64,000 bases of DNA. It comes from Hyphomonas sp. (GTDB lineage Bacteria > Pseudomonadota > Alphaproteobacteria > Caulobacterales > Hyphomonadaceae). The DNA lies in the NCBI GenBank assembly GCA_041398445.1, contig JAWKUR010000015.1, forward strand, positions 16,852-80,851, read 5' to 3'. The notes below the pieces were generated by a model. It was not told where the DNA came from. It searched no databases and was given only the letters and a program-made list of their open reading frames with translations. The position numbers were made by a program, and so were the translations under genes. Numbering within the stretch: position 1 is the first letter of the stretch; every line of letters starts with the position of its first letter. Positions 1 to 9,766 of this stretch are shown here, piece after piece.

Positions 1-920
1 CCTTCTTCGACGCCATTGCGCCGATCGTCTATTTCGACAGCATCGACATGTCGAAAGCCTGGCGCCAGAGCCGCTATGACAAGCCCGGCCCCGGCGGCGA
101 CACGGCGGCCTATATCAACTGTCCGCTGACGGAAGAGCAGTACAACGCCTTCATCGACGCGCTGATCGCAGGCGAGAAGACCGAGTTCCGCGACTGGGAA
201 AAGGACACGCCTTACTTCGAAGGCTGCCTGCCTATCGAGGTGATGGCGGAACGTGGCCGCGAGACGCTGCGCTTCGGCCCGATGAAGCCGGTCGGCCTGA
301 CCAATCCGCACCAGCCGGACGTGAAGGCCCACGCCATCGTCCAGCTGCGGCAGGACAATGCCCTCGGCACGCTGTGGAACATGGTCGGCTTCCAGACCAA
401 GCTGAAATACGGCGCCCAGACGGACATCTTCCGCATGATCCCCGGCCTTGAGAAGGCTGAGTTCGCGCGCCTCGGCGGCATCCACCGCAACACGTTCCTG
501 AACTCACCGAAACTGCTGGACGCGCAGCTGCGCATGAAGTCCATGCCGCGCCTGCGCTTTGCTGGTCAGGTGACGGGCGTGGAAGGCTATGTCGAAAGCG
601 CAGCCATGGGCCTGCTCGCCGGGCGCTTTGCGGCCGCCGAACGCCTTGGCCGCACACTGGACGCTCCGCCGCCTACGACAGCGCTCGGCGCCCTCGTCAC
701 ACACATCACCGGCGGCCACCTTGAAGGCGGCCAGACCTTCCAGCCGATGAACGTGAATTTCGGCCTCTTCCCGGACATCGAGGATTTCCCGAAGAAGGAC
801 GAAAACGGCAAACGCCTGCGTGGCAAGGCCAAGGGCCGCTCCAAGAAAGGCGCCCAGGCCGCGCGGGCGCTGCAGGACATTGATGCCTGGCTGGCGGCGC
901 AAGTGGCCGTCCCGGTTTAG
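1..920 (+). CDS. trmFO: Folate/FAD-dependent tRNA m5U54 methyltransferase TrmFO (Gid), 5'-truncated by window edge
   Basis: Motifs [49 protein letters not shown]; reading frame is open from the window start. Confidence 0.96.
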   Translation, partial: FFDAIAPIVYFDSIDMSKAWRQSRYDKPGPGGDTAAYINCPLTEEQYNAFIDALIAGEKTEFRDWEKDTPYFEGCLPIEVMAERGRETLRFGPMKPVGLTNPHQPDVKAHAIVQLRQDNALGTLWNMVGFQTKLKYGAQTDIFRMIPGLEKAEFARLGGIHRNTFLNSPKLLDAQLRMKSMPRLRFAGQVTGVEGYVESAAMGLLAGRFAAAERLGRTLDAPPPTTALGALVTHITGGHLEGGQTFQPMNVNFGLFPDIEDFPKKDENGKRLRGKAKGRSKKGAQAARALQDIDAWLAAQVAVPV

Positions 921-980
921 TCGTTGCACCGCAATTTCATTGACTTGATTGTCCACTGATGAGACCCTCAAAAGGGGAAA

Positions 981-1703
981 ATGGTGGACCACATGCAACT
1001 TCTAAGAGTGCAAAACCCGGAAGAATTTGATGAGAATCCGGAAGCCGCTATGGGACTTCAGTTTGGACGAGATGTTCAGAATGGTGATCTGTATTTTGTG
1101 ATCGGAAGCGTTGTCGCATTCACCGCCCTCCCGGATGAATTTGAAGAAATTGGTCCTTCAATCAGGAATTACTTACAACAGGAATGGCACAATCAGTCCC
1201 TTCCTCAAGACACCCGTGGCGAGAGTTTCGGGATGTGGCTTGCAAATCTGCCCAAAGCTCCAACACTGGATTATTATCGCCTCAGCCCGCGGGGCATTTT
1301 CCGCTCACCACCTTGGCGGCCCTCCACTGTATATGGCCATCTCCCATTCGAGACGGTGTCGTCGGATACTTCCGTTTTTTATCGCTGGGAGCCGTTTCCC
1401 GTCAGCCGCAGAATTACGCGCACTGCAAAAGGTGCCGACATTGCGCCGGGCACCTTTGGCGGCCCGCCCTCGGAAGTGTCGTTTAATCCCACCGGCCTCT
1501 GCGCCGTCGCACGTTTTGCCCTTCCAAATCTGATGCCTGCCTCCTATCGCTGGGAGATTCAGCCGCAGGCTGGCACTGTAATCTATTGCGGCGCAAGCGT
1601 TCCCCTCTATGGCCAGTCAGGCGGCGGCGTGGAGGTGATGTTCCCCGACCTCAGCCACAATCGCTGCCCAATTGCAGACCCAGTGGTTCTTCCCCATCTC
1701 TGA
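981..1703 (+). CDS. Hypothetical protein with C-terminal TNT/ADP-ribosyltransferase-like motif set
   Basis: AAGGGG RBS before ATG; AT-richer than neighbours; motifs FYRW, GTF, RFALP, VPLYGQSGGGVEV. Confidence 0.6.
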   Translation: MVDHMQLLRVQNPEEFDENPEAAMGLQFGRDVQNGDLYFVIGSVVAFTALPDEFEEIGPSIRNYLQQEWHNQSLPQDTRGESFGMWLANLPKAPTLDYYRLSPRGIFRSPPWRPSTVYGHLPFETVSSDTSVFYRWEPFPVSRRITRTAKGADIAPGTFGGPPSEVSFNPTGLCAVARFALPNLMPASYRWEIQPQAGTVIYCGASVPLYGQSGGGVEVMFPDLSHNRCPIADPVVLPHL

Positions 1704-1714
1704 AGATTGGCTGT

Positions 1715-2365
1715 CTAAACCTGCCCCGTGCGGATGGCTTTCAGGATGCTGAGGCGTTTGGTGACGGCGTCCGGTTCGCCCTTTTCGCTGTAATGCTTGC
1801 GCAGGCGGTAATGGGCGACAGCCGGGCGGATCGATTTCGGCACAGGCTTCACATGAGGGCCGAACGCCTTCGTCTCTGACCGGCGCAGCGCAGCATAGGC
1901 CGGGGCGACATCGCGGATTTCCTCAGCCCAGTCATGGTGGCTGGTCAACAGGCTGGCCGCGATCAGGGCCAGCCAGGCTTCCGGCTCCTTGCTGCGGTCT
2001 TCCGCCACAAACGCCGCCTCATACCCATCGACCAGCCTTTGCAGCGCGCCGGGTTTCAGTCGGCCGGCAGCCGTTTCCTCCGCCAGGGCGAGGCAGACGT
2101 CATGCTCGCGCGGGGGCTGGCCCGCTTCCAGCTCGTTCAGCGCCTCGCGCCACCACTGGAAACGGATCAGGCCCAGCGTCTCTTCCGAGACAGCCAGCCG
2201 GACACGGGCCAGCTCATAGGCCAGTGCATATAGCGCCGTCAGTGTCTGGCGCTGGGCGGCCGGGGCATAGCGGCTGGAGATCCAGCGGTCCTCGTCCACC
2301 TTGCGGACCCGCTTGTCGATTGCGGCCCACTGTGTTTTGGAAAGGGGGGTGGTCTTGTTCGGCAT
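1715..2365 (-). CDS. Squalene/phytoene synthase family protein (NDUFAF6-like); start uncertain (2365 or 2374)
   Basis: DRWISSRYAP...LYALAYELARV...SEETLGLIRFQWWREAL signature. Confidence 0.8.
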   Translation of the reverse strand: MPNKTTPLSKTQWAAIDKRVRKVDEDRWISSRYAPAAQRQTLTALYALAYELARVRLAVSEETLGLIRFQWWREALNELEAGQPPREHDVCLALAEETAAGRLKPGALQRLVDGYEAAFVAEDRSKEPEAWLALIAASLLTSHHDWAEEIRDVAPAYAALRRSETKAFGPHVKPVPKSIRPAVAHYRLRKHYSEKGEPDAVTKRLSILKAIRTGQV

Positions 2366-2429
2366 GGAACCCATATGTCGGATGACGCGCTTCTCTACCA
2401 GATACCTACCTGCATGAAAGGATTTCCAG

Positions 2430-3038
2430 ATGGCATTCACACTTCCCGATCTTCCCTATGGGCGTGACGCACTGGCACCGCACATTTCCGAACAGACCCT
2501 GAACTTCCACCATGGCAAGCACCATCAGGCCTATGTCACCAACCTGAACGGCCTGATCGAAGGCACTGACCTGGCCGGCAAGTCGCTGGAAGAGATCGTG
2601 AAGATCTCCGGCGCCGACAAGTCCAAGGCCGGGATCTTCAACAATGCCGCGCAGGTGTGGAACCACACCTTCTACTGGCATTCGATGAAGCCGGGTGGCG
2701 GCGGCAAGCCGCATGGCAAAGTGGCTGAGCTGATCGACCGCGACCTCGGCGGCTATGACGAATTCGCCAAGGCATTCAAGGCGGCTGGCGGCACGCAGTT
2801 CGGCTCCGGCTGGGCCTGGCTGATCCTGAAGGACGGCAAACTGGCCATCACCAAGACGCCGAACGCTGAAACCCCGCTGACCGATGAGGGCGCCACGCCG
2901 CTCATGACCATGGATGTGTGGGAACACGCCTATTACCTCGACTACCAGAACTCCCGCCCTGGCTACATGGACACGTTCCTGAACAGCCTGGTGAACTGGG
3001 ACTTCGTGAACCAGAACCTCGCTGACGCGGGCGCCTGA
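2430..3038 (+). CDS. sodB: Fe superoxide dismutase
   Basis: HHGKHH, NNAAQVWNH, QFGSGWAW, DVWEHAYY. Confidence 0.95.
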   Translation: MAFTLPDLPYGRDALAPHISEQTLNFHHGKHHQAYVTNLNGLIEGTDLAGKSLEEIVKISGADKSKAGIFNNAAQVWNHTFYWHSMKPGGGGKPHGKVAELIDRDLGGYDEFAKAFKAAGGTQFGSGWAWLILKDGKLAITKTPNAETPLTDEGATPLMTMDVWEHAYYLDYQNSRPGYMDTFLNSLVNWDFVNQNLADAGA

Positions 3039-3080
3039 TTGGGTTAGGGTCCCTGCGATTCATGTCGTGGGGACCCGACC

Positions 3081-3743
3081 ATGTTTTGTACCCAGTGCGG
3101 CCGGCAATTCGGCGAGACTGACAATTTCTGCGCCGGATGCGGCGCCCCGCGCAGCAGCGCAACTTCGCCGCCACCCGAGGAAACAGATCCCGGTATCGAC
3201 TGGCGCGCCTCTACCGATCCACGCCTGATCATGAATCACCCCGAGGTCCGGGCCCGGGTTGAGAAAGTCACCGGCGCGAACCCGCAGGGCATGACGGCAG
3301 AACGGTTCTACGAACTTGCCCGCCCGGTCATGATGATTACGGGCGCAGGCCCCACACCGCCGCTGAAACTGCTGAAGGATGTGGCCCTGCCGCTCTATGC
3401 GAAGTTCGGCGTGAAATCCCATACCGAGCTTTCGCAGGGGTTCCGCAACTCGTTCGGCGAGACTTTGGCCGCCGTCTTCTGCTCCCTCGCCAGCCGAAGC
3501 CAGCCTGTCGAAGACATTGCCGATGCCACCGATGGCTGCGTGGTCACGTCGAAGATGGCCTCCTCCATCTGGTCATGGGAAGGCAAGATGGTCATCACGC
3601 TGGAGGCCCGCCCGGAAGGAACGCTGCTGAAAGGCGCGATCACCGTGCCGGGACAGACGTCAGACTGGGGCAAGGCGAAGCGCGTGCTGCAGGACCTGAT
3701 CGATGATGTGGGCAAGTACCGGGACACGCCCGCCGCCGGCTGA
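3081..3743 (+). CDS. Zinc-ribbon domain protein
   Basis: N-terminal MFCTQCG...NFCAGCG (two CxxC pairs); remainder unassigned. Confidence 0.7.
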   Translation: MFCTQCGRQFGETDNFCAGCGAPRSSATSPPPEETDPGIDWRASTDPRLIMNHPEVRARVEKVTGANPQGMTAERFYELARPVMMITGAGPTPPLKLLKDVALPLYAKFGVKSHTELSQGFRNSFGETLAAVFCSLASRSQPVEDIADATDGCVVTSKMASSIWSWEGKMVITLEARPEGTLLKGAITVPGQTSDWGKAKRVLQDLIDDVGKYRDTPAAG

Positions 3744-3925
3744 CTCCTGCTCCTGAACGCAGCCCCTTCACGTTCGCCCCGAAATACACTATGTGCACCG
3801 CACAAGACGCTCCGGGCATGGAAAGCGCCCGGTCCGTGGAACGCACACTGGAGTGCGGGAAGCGGAAAGTTGGCGGCCATGTGGGCCGCACCGGGTAACA
3901 ATTTCCATCTCAGGAACGACAGACA

Positions 3926-5488
3926 TTGACTGAAAAAACATTCGCCGACCTCGGGCTTAGCCCCGACATTCTCAAGGCACTGGACGAAGCAGGCTACAAG
4001 ACGCCAACCCCGATCCAGTCCGAAGCCATCCCCAACGTGATCGCAGGCAATGACGTGACCGGTATTGCCCAGACCGGCACCGGCAAGACGGCAGCCTTCG
4101 TGCTGCCCATGATCCACCGCCTGGCCCGTGGCCGCGCCCGTGCCCGTATGCCGCGGTGCCTGATTCTCTGCCCGACGCGCGAACTCGCTGCGCAGGTTGC
4201 CGAGAACTTCGAGAAATATGGCAAGTACCTGAAGCTTACCATGGCGCTGCTGATCGGTGGCGTCAGTTTCAAGGAGCAGGAAGTCCTGCTGCAGCGCGGC
4301 GTCGACGTGCTGATCGCAACGCCGGGCCGCCTGCTCGACCAGTTCGACCGCGGCAAGCTGCTGCTGATGGGCGTGGAATACTTCATCATCGACGAAGCCG
4401 ACCGCATGCTCGACATGGGCTTCATCCCGGACATCGAGAAGATCTGCTCCAAGCTGCCGGCCAAGCGCCAGACGCTGCTGTTCTCCGCCACCTTCCCGAC
4501 GGACATTCAGCGCCTCGCGAAAACCTTCCAGCGCGATCCCGTGAAGATCGAAGTGGCCCGTCCGACCGATACGGCCTCCACGATCACGCAGTATGTCGTG
4601 CACCTGCCGACCAACGATGCCAAAGCGAAGCGCACGGCGCTGCGCCGCGTGATCGAGTCCTGCGACGTGAAGAACGGCATCGTCTTCTGTAACCGCAAGG
4701 TCGAAGTGGACATCGTTGCCGCCTCGCTCAGCAAGCATGGCCATGATGCCGCGCCGATCCATGGCGATCTTCCGCAATCGGTGCGTTCCGAAACGCTGCA
4801 GAAGTTCCGCGATGGCGACCTGAAGCTTCTGGTCGCTTCTGACGTCGCAGCCCGTGGCCTCGACATTCCGGATGTCGGTCACGTCTTCAACTATGCCCCG
4901 CCGCCGAAGGATGAAGACTACATCCACCGCATCGGCCGTACCGGCCGGGCCGGGCGCACGGGTGAAAGCTACACGCTGGTTTCCCCGGCCGATGAGAAAT
5001 CCTGGGGCTTCGTCCTCAAGATGATCAAGAAAGACGTCGAAGAGTTCATGCCGGAAGGCCTGCTCGAAGAAATCGCCAACCTGCCGCCGGAAGAAAAATC
5101 CGGACGCGGACGGCGTGGCAGCCGGGACCGCGACAGCAGCCGCAGCCGTGGTGGCCGTGGCGAACGCTCGCGCGGCAGCCGTAACCGCAGCCGCGAGGAC
5201 GCACCGGAAACCGAGAACGATGTTGCCGTCGTCGAGGTGCAGGAAGACATCCGCGAGGAAGCCCCGGCCAAGGCAGAGAAACCTGAAAAGGCGGAGAAGC
5301 CTGAGAAGGCCGAAAAGCCGAAGCGCGAGCGCGCTGAACGTCCGGAACGGGCTGAGCGCAAGACCACCGAGCGCAAGGAAAAGCCGAAGCGGGACTACAA
5401 GCGCAAGGATGACGACCTGATCCTTGAGCCGGCCCCGGACAATGTGAAAGGCTTCGGCAACGACATACCAGCCTTCCTGAAACGCTAA
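3926..5488 (+). CDS. DEAD-box RNA helicase (TTG start)
   Basis: Q-motif, AQTGTGKT, PTRELA, DEAD, SAT, HRIGRTGR; charged low-complexity C-terminal tail. Confidence 0.96.
   Translation: MTEKTFADLGLSPDILKALDEAGYKTPTPIQSEAIPNVIAGNDVTGIAQTGTGKTAAFVLPMIHRLARGRARARMPRCLILCPTRELAAQVAENFEKYGKYLKLTMALLIGGVSFKEQEVLLQRGVDVLIATPGRLLDQFDRGKLLLMGVEYFIIDEADRMLDMGFIPDIEKICSKLPAKRQTLLFSATFPTDIQRLAKTFQRDPVKIEVARPTDTASTITQYVVHLPTNDAKAKRTALRRVIESCDVKNGIVFCNRKVEVDIVAASLSKHGHDAAPIHGDLPQSVRSETLQKFRDGDLKLLVASDVAARGLDIPDVGHVFNYAPPPKDEDYIHRIGRTGRAGRTGESYTLVSPADEKSWGFVLKMIKKDVEEFMPEGLLEEIANLPPEEKSGRGRRGSRDRDSSRSRGGRGERSRGSRNRSREDAPETENDVAVVEVQEDIREEAPAKAEKPEKAEKPEKAEKPKRERAERPERAERKTTERKEKPKRDYKRKDDDLILEPAPDNVKGFGNDIPAFLKR
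5270..5320 (+). repeat. Degenerate 18-bp coding tandem repeat, approximately (KAEKPE)x3, in helicase tail
   Basis: aaggcagagaaacctgaa aaggcggagaagcctgag aaggccgaaaagccg. Confidence 0.8.
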
Positions 5489-5507
5489 GGCGTCAGGACA
5501 GGACCAG

Positions 5508-5547
5508 AAAAAAGCCCCTCATCCGGCGGATGAGGGGCTTTTCTTTT
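5508..5547. terminator. Bidirectional intrinsic terminator between convergent genes
   Basis: aaagcccctcatcc-ggc-ggatgaggggcttt with A/T tracts on both sides. Confidence 0.9.
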
Positions 5548-5562
5548 CGGGGCAGGCGCGCT

Positions 5563-6999
5563 TCAGCGCTTCAGCCTGCCCTGCACTTGTTTGCGGAATT
5601 TCTCGCCATATGGCGGGCGGATCATTGAGATCAGCTCGCTACCGGTCTGCGTGAAGACAGCCTTCTTGTGGCTGAATTCCAGGAAGCCTTCGCGGCCATG
5701 ATAGGACCCCATGCCCGACGGACCGACACCGCCAAAGGGCAGGTCTTCCTGGCCGACATGCATGACCACGTCATTCACGGTCACGCCGCCTGACGTGGTG
5801 TTGTTCAGCACGAAATCCTTTTCCGCCGCATCCTCACCGAAATAGTAGAGGCCGAGCGGACGGTCATGCGCGTTGATATAATCCACCGCCTGCTTCGTGT
5901 CGGCATAGGACTTGATCGGCAGGATCGGCCCGAAGATCTCATCCTGCATCACTTTCAGGTCGTCGGACGGATCGACGATGATGTGCGGCGGAATCTTGTG
6001 GTGCGGCTGCTGGGAGAAATTCTCCCCGGTCGGATTGATCTCGACGACCTGCGCGCCCTTGGATTTTGCTTCCTCGATATAGCCCATCAGACGGTCGTAA
6101 TGGCGCTGGTTCACGATGGAGGTGTAGTCCTCATTGTCCTTGAGACCGCTCGGATACATCGTTTCGATGGCCTTGGTCGCCGCGGCAACGAACTCTGACG
6201 TCTTCTCCTGCGGGACAAAAGCATAGTCAGGTGCAAGACAGATCTGCCCGGCATTCAACGCCTTGCCCGCCATGATACGCGTGGCGGCCTTCTGCAGGTC
6301 TGCCGACCGGCCGAGGACAACCGGGCTCTTACCGCCAAGCTCCAGCGTAAGAGGAACAAGATTGTCTGCGGCGGCGCGCATGACGTGGTGGGCGATGGAG
6401 GTAGCGCCGGTGAAGAGGATGTGGTCGAACGCCAGTTTCGTGAACTCGGCGCCGACTTCCGGCCCGCCCGTGATCACGGCGACTTCTTCCTCGTCGTAGT
6501 ATTGGGCGATCGCCTTTTTCATCACTTCCGAGGTGACCTCGGTAAATTCGGATGGCTTGATCATGCAGCGATTGCCCGCGGCGAAGACACCGGCCAGCGG
6601 CGTGAAGGTCAGGTTGACCGGGAAGTTCCACGGGCTGATGACGCCGATCACGCCTTTCGGCTGGAACTGAAGTTCGGCCTTCGCGCCGAGCAGTCCGAGC
6701 GGGAATTCAGGTTTGCGCTTTTCCGGACGCATCCATTTGGCGGTGTGCTTCTTCGCGTGCTTCAGCGCACCGATGGAACCTGCAATGTCGGTGAAGGCGG
6801 ACTGGTCCTTCGAGCGGTGCCCGAAGTCCTGGCACATCGCATCGACCAGCTCGTCATTATAAGTGATCAAGAGGTCGATGGCCTTGTCCAGCCACTCGAT
6901 CCGCTTGGCCGCAGACGGGATACCGTCGCGGATATGAGCGGCCTTCTGCCGGGCGAGAATGCCGGCCATGCCGGTGGCGGGGGCGCTATCAAGTGCCAT
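5563..6999 (-). CDS. Coniferyl aldehyde dehydrogenase-type ALDH (CalB-like)
   Basis: SPWNFP, KPSE, FTGA, LELGGKSP, NAGQICLAPDY, EIFGP, PFGGVGPSGMG. Confidence 0.9.
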   Translation of the reverse strand: MALDSAPATGMAGILARQKAAHIRDGIPSAAKRIEWLDKAIDLLITYNDELVDAMCQDFGHRSKDQSAFTDIAGSIGALKHAKKHTAKWMRPEKRKPEFPLGLLGAKAELQFQPKGVIGVISPWNFPVNLTFTPLAGVFAAGNRCMIKPSEFTEVTSEVMKKAIAQYYDEEEVAVITGGPEVGAEFTKLAFDHILFTGATSIAHHVMRAAADNLVPLTLELGGKSPVVLGRSADLQKAATRIMAGKALNAGQICLAPDYAFVPQEKTSEFVAAATKAIETMYPSGLKDNEDYTSIVNQRHYDRLMGYIEEAKSKGAQVVEINPTGENFSQQPHHKIPPHIIVDPSDDLKVMQDEIFGPILPIKSYADTKQAVDYINAHDRPLGLYYFGEDAAEKDFVLNNTTSGGVTVNDVVMHVGQEDLPFGGVGPSGMGSYHGREGFLEFSHKKAVFTQTGSELISMIRPPYGEKFRKQVQGRLKR

Positions 7000-7159
7000 A
7001 GATCCGATCTCCCTGAATATCGGTTGCGCTGAACAGTTTAGCGCACGTTCAGCGCTTCACAATGGTCTTGTCGGCTTGCCGCCGGGTGAGGCGTTCACAA
7101 GCTGTGGAAGCCGATTAGATTGCAGGCCAAATATAGATCCACGCCGAAGGGAGGGCGAC

Positions 7160-7954
7160 ATGAGCTACGAGCTGATTTCCTATGAACTGAAGGGCAAAAC
7201 GGCCGTTATCGCCTTCAATGATCCGAAAACGATGAATGCCTGCGGCGTCGACACAGCGCAGGAAATGCTCCACGCTCTGGAAAAGGCTGCCGGCGAAGCC
7301 CGCTGCACCATCATCACCGGCAATGGCCGCGGCTTCTGCTCCGGCGCCAATCTCGGCAAGGTCTCGGGCCCCTCGCTCAGCCATCCGGGCTCCAAGCCCG
7401 ATGCCGGCCGCCCGCTGGATACCCATTACAACCCGATGATCATTGCCATCCGCGAACACCCCCATCCGGTGATCACCGCCGTGAACGGGGCTGCAGCGGG
7501 CGTCGGCTGCTCGATTGGCCTGATGGGTGACTTGGTTGTCGCTGCGAAAAGCGCCTACTTCCTGCAGGCCTTCCGCCGCATTGGCCTGGTGCCGGATGGC
7601 GGTTCAACCTGGCTTCTGGCCCGCACAGTGGGCCGGGTCCGCGCGATGGAGATGGCCCTGTTTGGCGAAAAACTCCCTGCAGACAAGGCACTGGAGTGGG
7701 GCATGATCAACAAGGTCGTCGAGGACGATGCTCTGATGACGACCGCAATGGAATGGGCTGAAACCCTGTCGACCGGCCCGACCGTAGCGTTGGCTGGCAT
7801 GCGCAAGCTGATCTGGGACGCGACTGAAACCGGCTTCGGCGATGCGCTGCACGCCGAACGGATTGCCCAGCGCAAGGCAGGGCGGACGGCGGACTTCGCT
7901 GAAGGCGTGAAAGCCTTCCTCGAGAAACGCCCCGCAGAATTCCAGGGAAAGTAA
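7160..7954 (+). CDS. Enoyl-CoA hydratase/isomerase (PaaG-like)
   Basis: GRGFCSGANL, AVNGAAAGVG, IGLVPDGG; GGAGG RBS before ATG 7160. Confidence 0.9.
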   Translation: MSYELISYELKGKTAVIAFNDPKTMNACGVDTAQEMLHALEKAAGEARCTIITGNGRGFCSGANLGKVSGPSLSHPGSKPDAGRPLDTHYNPMIIAIREHPHPVITAVNGAAAGVGCSIGLMGDLVVAAKSAYFLQAFRRIGLVPDGGSTWLLARTVGRVRAMEMALFGEKLPADKALEWGMINKVVEDDALMTTAMEWAETLSTGPTVALAGMRKLIWDATETGFGDALHAERIAQRKAGRTADFAEGVKAFLEKRPAEFQGK

Positions 7955-8038
7955 CCTAAGATTTATGACGCTTGCCCACGCACCTTTAAGAATAGGGTAA
8001 TTCCTTGGAGTTATCTCCTGCCAATCAGGAGGCTGGGG

Positions 8039-8527
8039 ATGGATTATCGCCTTATACATTTCAACTGTGCGCGCCCAATTGGGGCGTTCAGCCTTGAAAA
8101 TGAATTTATACGTGTGTTCGTAAGCATCATGCCGCGCGTTTTTGCGGATGCTGTCGCATTTGAAGGTCTGCATTTTCACAGCCATGGCGTACGCCGTCCG
8201 GATGGAATCTGGATGCCGCTGGACGGGATTTTCCCTTATCCGGAAGGCATGGACGCGCCGGATGTTTCGACCATGGGTGGCTGGGAGTCGCTGGAGCGTC
8301 TCCGGGAATTTTCCTATTCCGGCCGCACCCATCCGCCCAGCATGCGGCGTCTGGCAGCCGAGATCGACCGTTCACAAGGCCCCGGCTTTGTGATGTGGTG
8401 GGCCCCGAAAAGCCAGAAAGTGACGCTGGAAGACGGATGGAACAAGCTACAGCACCTGAGACAGTACGGCTCAACGCCGGAAGCCTTCTCTCTGGACGAT
8501 CCGATGGATCGCCCCGTCGCCGCATGA
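8039..8527 (+). CDS. DUF3291-like protein (ABM-type fold)
   Basis: HFNCAR..., WESLERLREFSYSG..H, VMWW, L.HLRQYGSTPEAF. Confidence 0.7.
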   Translation: MDYRLIHFNCARPIGAFSLENEFIRVFVSIMPRVFADAVAFEGLHFHSHGVRRPDGIWMPLDGIFPYPEGMDAPDVSTMGGWESLERLREFSYSGRTHPPSMRRLAAEIDRSQGPGFVMWWAPKSQKVTLEDGWNKLQHLRQYGSTPEAFSLDDPMDRPVAA

Positions 8528-9027
8528 CCCTGACACGCCGCGGCGCCATCGCCGCCTTGTCTTTCCTGGCCCTTGGCGCCTGCGCCACCTCTTCGGCCCC
8601 GCCCGAAACGACGATCTACCTGGTCCGCCACGCGGAAAAGCTGTCCGGTGACAATCCGGACCTGACCGTCGTCGGCCGGGCGCGCGCCGATATTCTTGCG
8701 AACGAACTGGCCGGCGCCGGCCTGACCGAGATCTGGTCCACCGACACGATCCGCACGATCGAGACCGCCAAACCGACCGCTAACCGCACCGGCCTGCCCG
8801 TCCAGATCTATGATGCGGGCCGTCAGCCGGCCTTTGCCAAGCGCCTGAAGGCCACCCCTGGCGCCATTCTTGTCGTTGGCCACTCCAACACGATCCCGGA
8901 CCTTGTGGGCCTTCTGGGCGGCAAGCCGGGGGCGCCGATTGTCGAGGCGACAGAGTATGACCGGCTCTATGTCGTGACGGTCACCAAAGGCCGGGCGAAG
9001 AGCGAGCTGCGCCGCTTCGGGGAATAA
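8524..9027 (+). CDS. Histidine phosphatase family (SixA/PGM-like) lipoprotein
   Basis: TRRGA twin-Arg plus LGAC lipobox; LVRHAE, RTIETA, VGHSNT; ATGA overlap with upstream stop. Confidence 0.85.
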   Translation: MTLTRRGAIAALSFLALGACATSSAPPETTIYLVRHAEKLSGDNPDLTVVGRARADILANELAGAGLTEIWSTDTIRTIETAKPTANRTGLPVQIYDAGRQPAFAKRLKATPGAILVVGHSNTIPDLVGLLGGKPGAPIVEATEYDRLYVVTVTKGRAKSELRRFGE

Positions 9028-9082
9028 AATATTCTCTACCACAGAGAGAATTCAGGTGTTGGATAAGCGGCCCTTCAGACCG

Positions 9083-9110
9083 TGTAAACACCATGTAAAC
9101 ACCATGTATA
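9083..9110. repeat. 11-bp tandem direct repeat (tgtaaacacca x2 plus partial copy)
   Basis: tgtaaacacca tgtaaacacca tgtata in intergenic space. Confidence 0.75.
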
Positions 9111-9138
9111 CGCCATATATAGCGGCGCCTGAGGCGCC

Positions 9139-9492
9139 CTATTTGTGCTTTTTCGCCTTCGCGGCCAGCGCCACGGCGAACGCCTTGCGGCCCCACTCGC
9201 TGGCAAGGTCTGACTCGTCCATCGCATCCGGCGGCAGGCTGACATAGCCCATGTCCGTCTGCTTGCCATCGCTCGGCCGTGTCCAGATGAAGGGTTCGCA
9301 GCCTTCAGCCTCCAGCTCTGCGCGCAGGGCCGCGTCGGTTTTCAGGTAAATCACGTCATCGGCCAGCAGGCCGAACATGAGTCCATCCTTGAAAACCCCG
9401 GCCCCGCCGAACATGCGCCGGACGCTGACCGGCCCCATCGGCGCGAACAGCTCCATGACGAACTCGTGGAAAGGGTCCGGCGGCTTCGCCAT
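9139..9492 (-). CDS. TfoX/Sxy N-terminal domain protein
   Basis: VRRMFGGAGVF.DGLMFGL...VIYLK. Confidence 0.85.
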   Translation of the reverse strand: MAKPPDPFHEFVMELFAPMGPVSVRRMFGGAGVFKDGLMFGLLADDVIYLKTDAALRAELEAEGCEPFIWTRPSDGKQTDMGYVSLPPDAMDESDLASEWGRKAFAVALAAKAKKHK

Positions 9493-9505
9493 CAGACGTC
9501 TGCCA

Positions 9506-9766
9506 TCAAGCCGCGGCAGGACGCCCGAGGCGGTAGACGCCCTTGAAAGCGTCCGGATCCTCTACCGGCTTGCCTTTGCGATAGATCAGGACCGTGCCTT
9601 CCTTGTGCAGGCGGATCGCCTCGGCGCGCACATCCTTCAGGACGCGCTGGAAGTTCTTGTCGCTGACAGCCCGGGCCGCCTGTTCGGCACTGATGGACTT
9701 GCCGGGACCGGCCGCAGCCGTCAGCTCAAGAATCGCCTCGCGGACGGGATTGACGGGATCGCTCAC
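9506..9766 (-). CDS. DUF3253 family small protein (GTG start overlapping upstream stop)
   Basis: GKSISAEQAARA...RKGKPVEDP..FKGVYRL. Confidence 0.75.
   Translation of the reverse strand: MSDPVNPVREAILELTAAAGPGKSISAEQAARAVSDKNFQRVLKDVRAEAIRLHKEGTVLIYRKGKPVEDPDAFKGVYRLGRPAAA

Noticed and set aside
5270-5360. Tandem repeats as a possible CRISPR array or VNTR
   Set aside because: Degenerate in-frame coding repeats in a disordered helicase tail; no spacers or cas genes.
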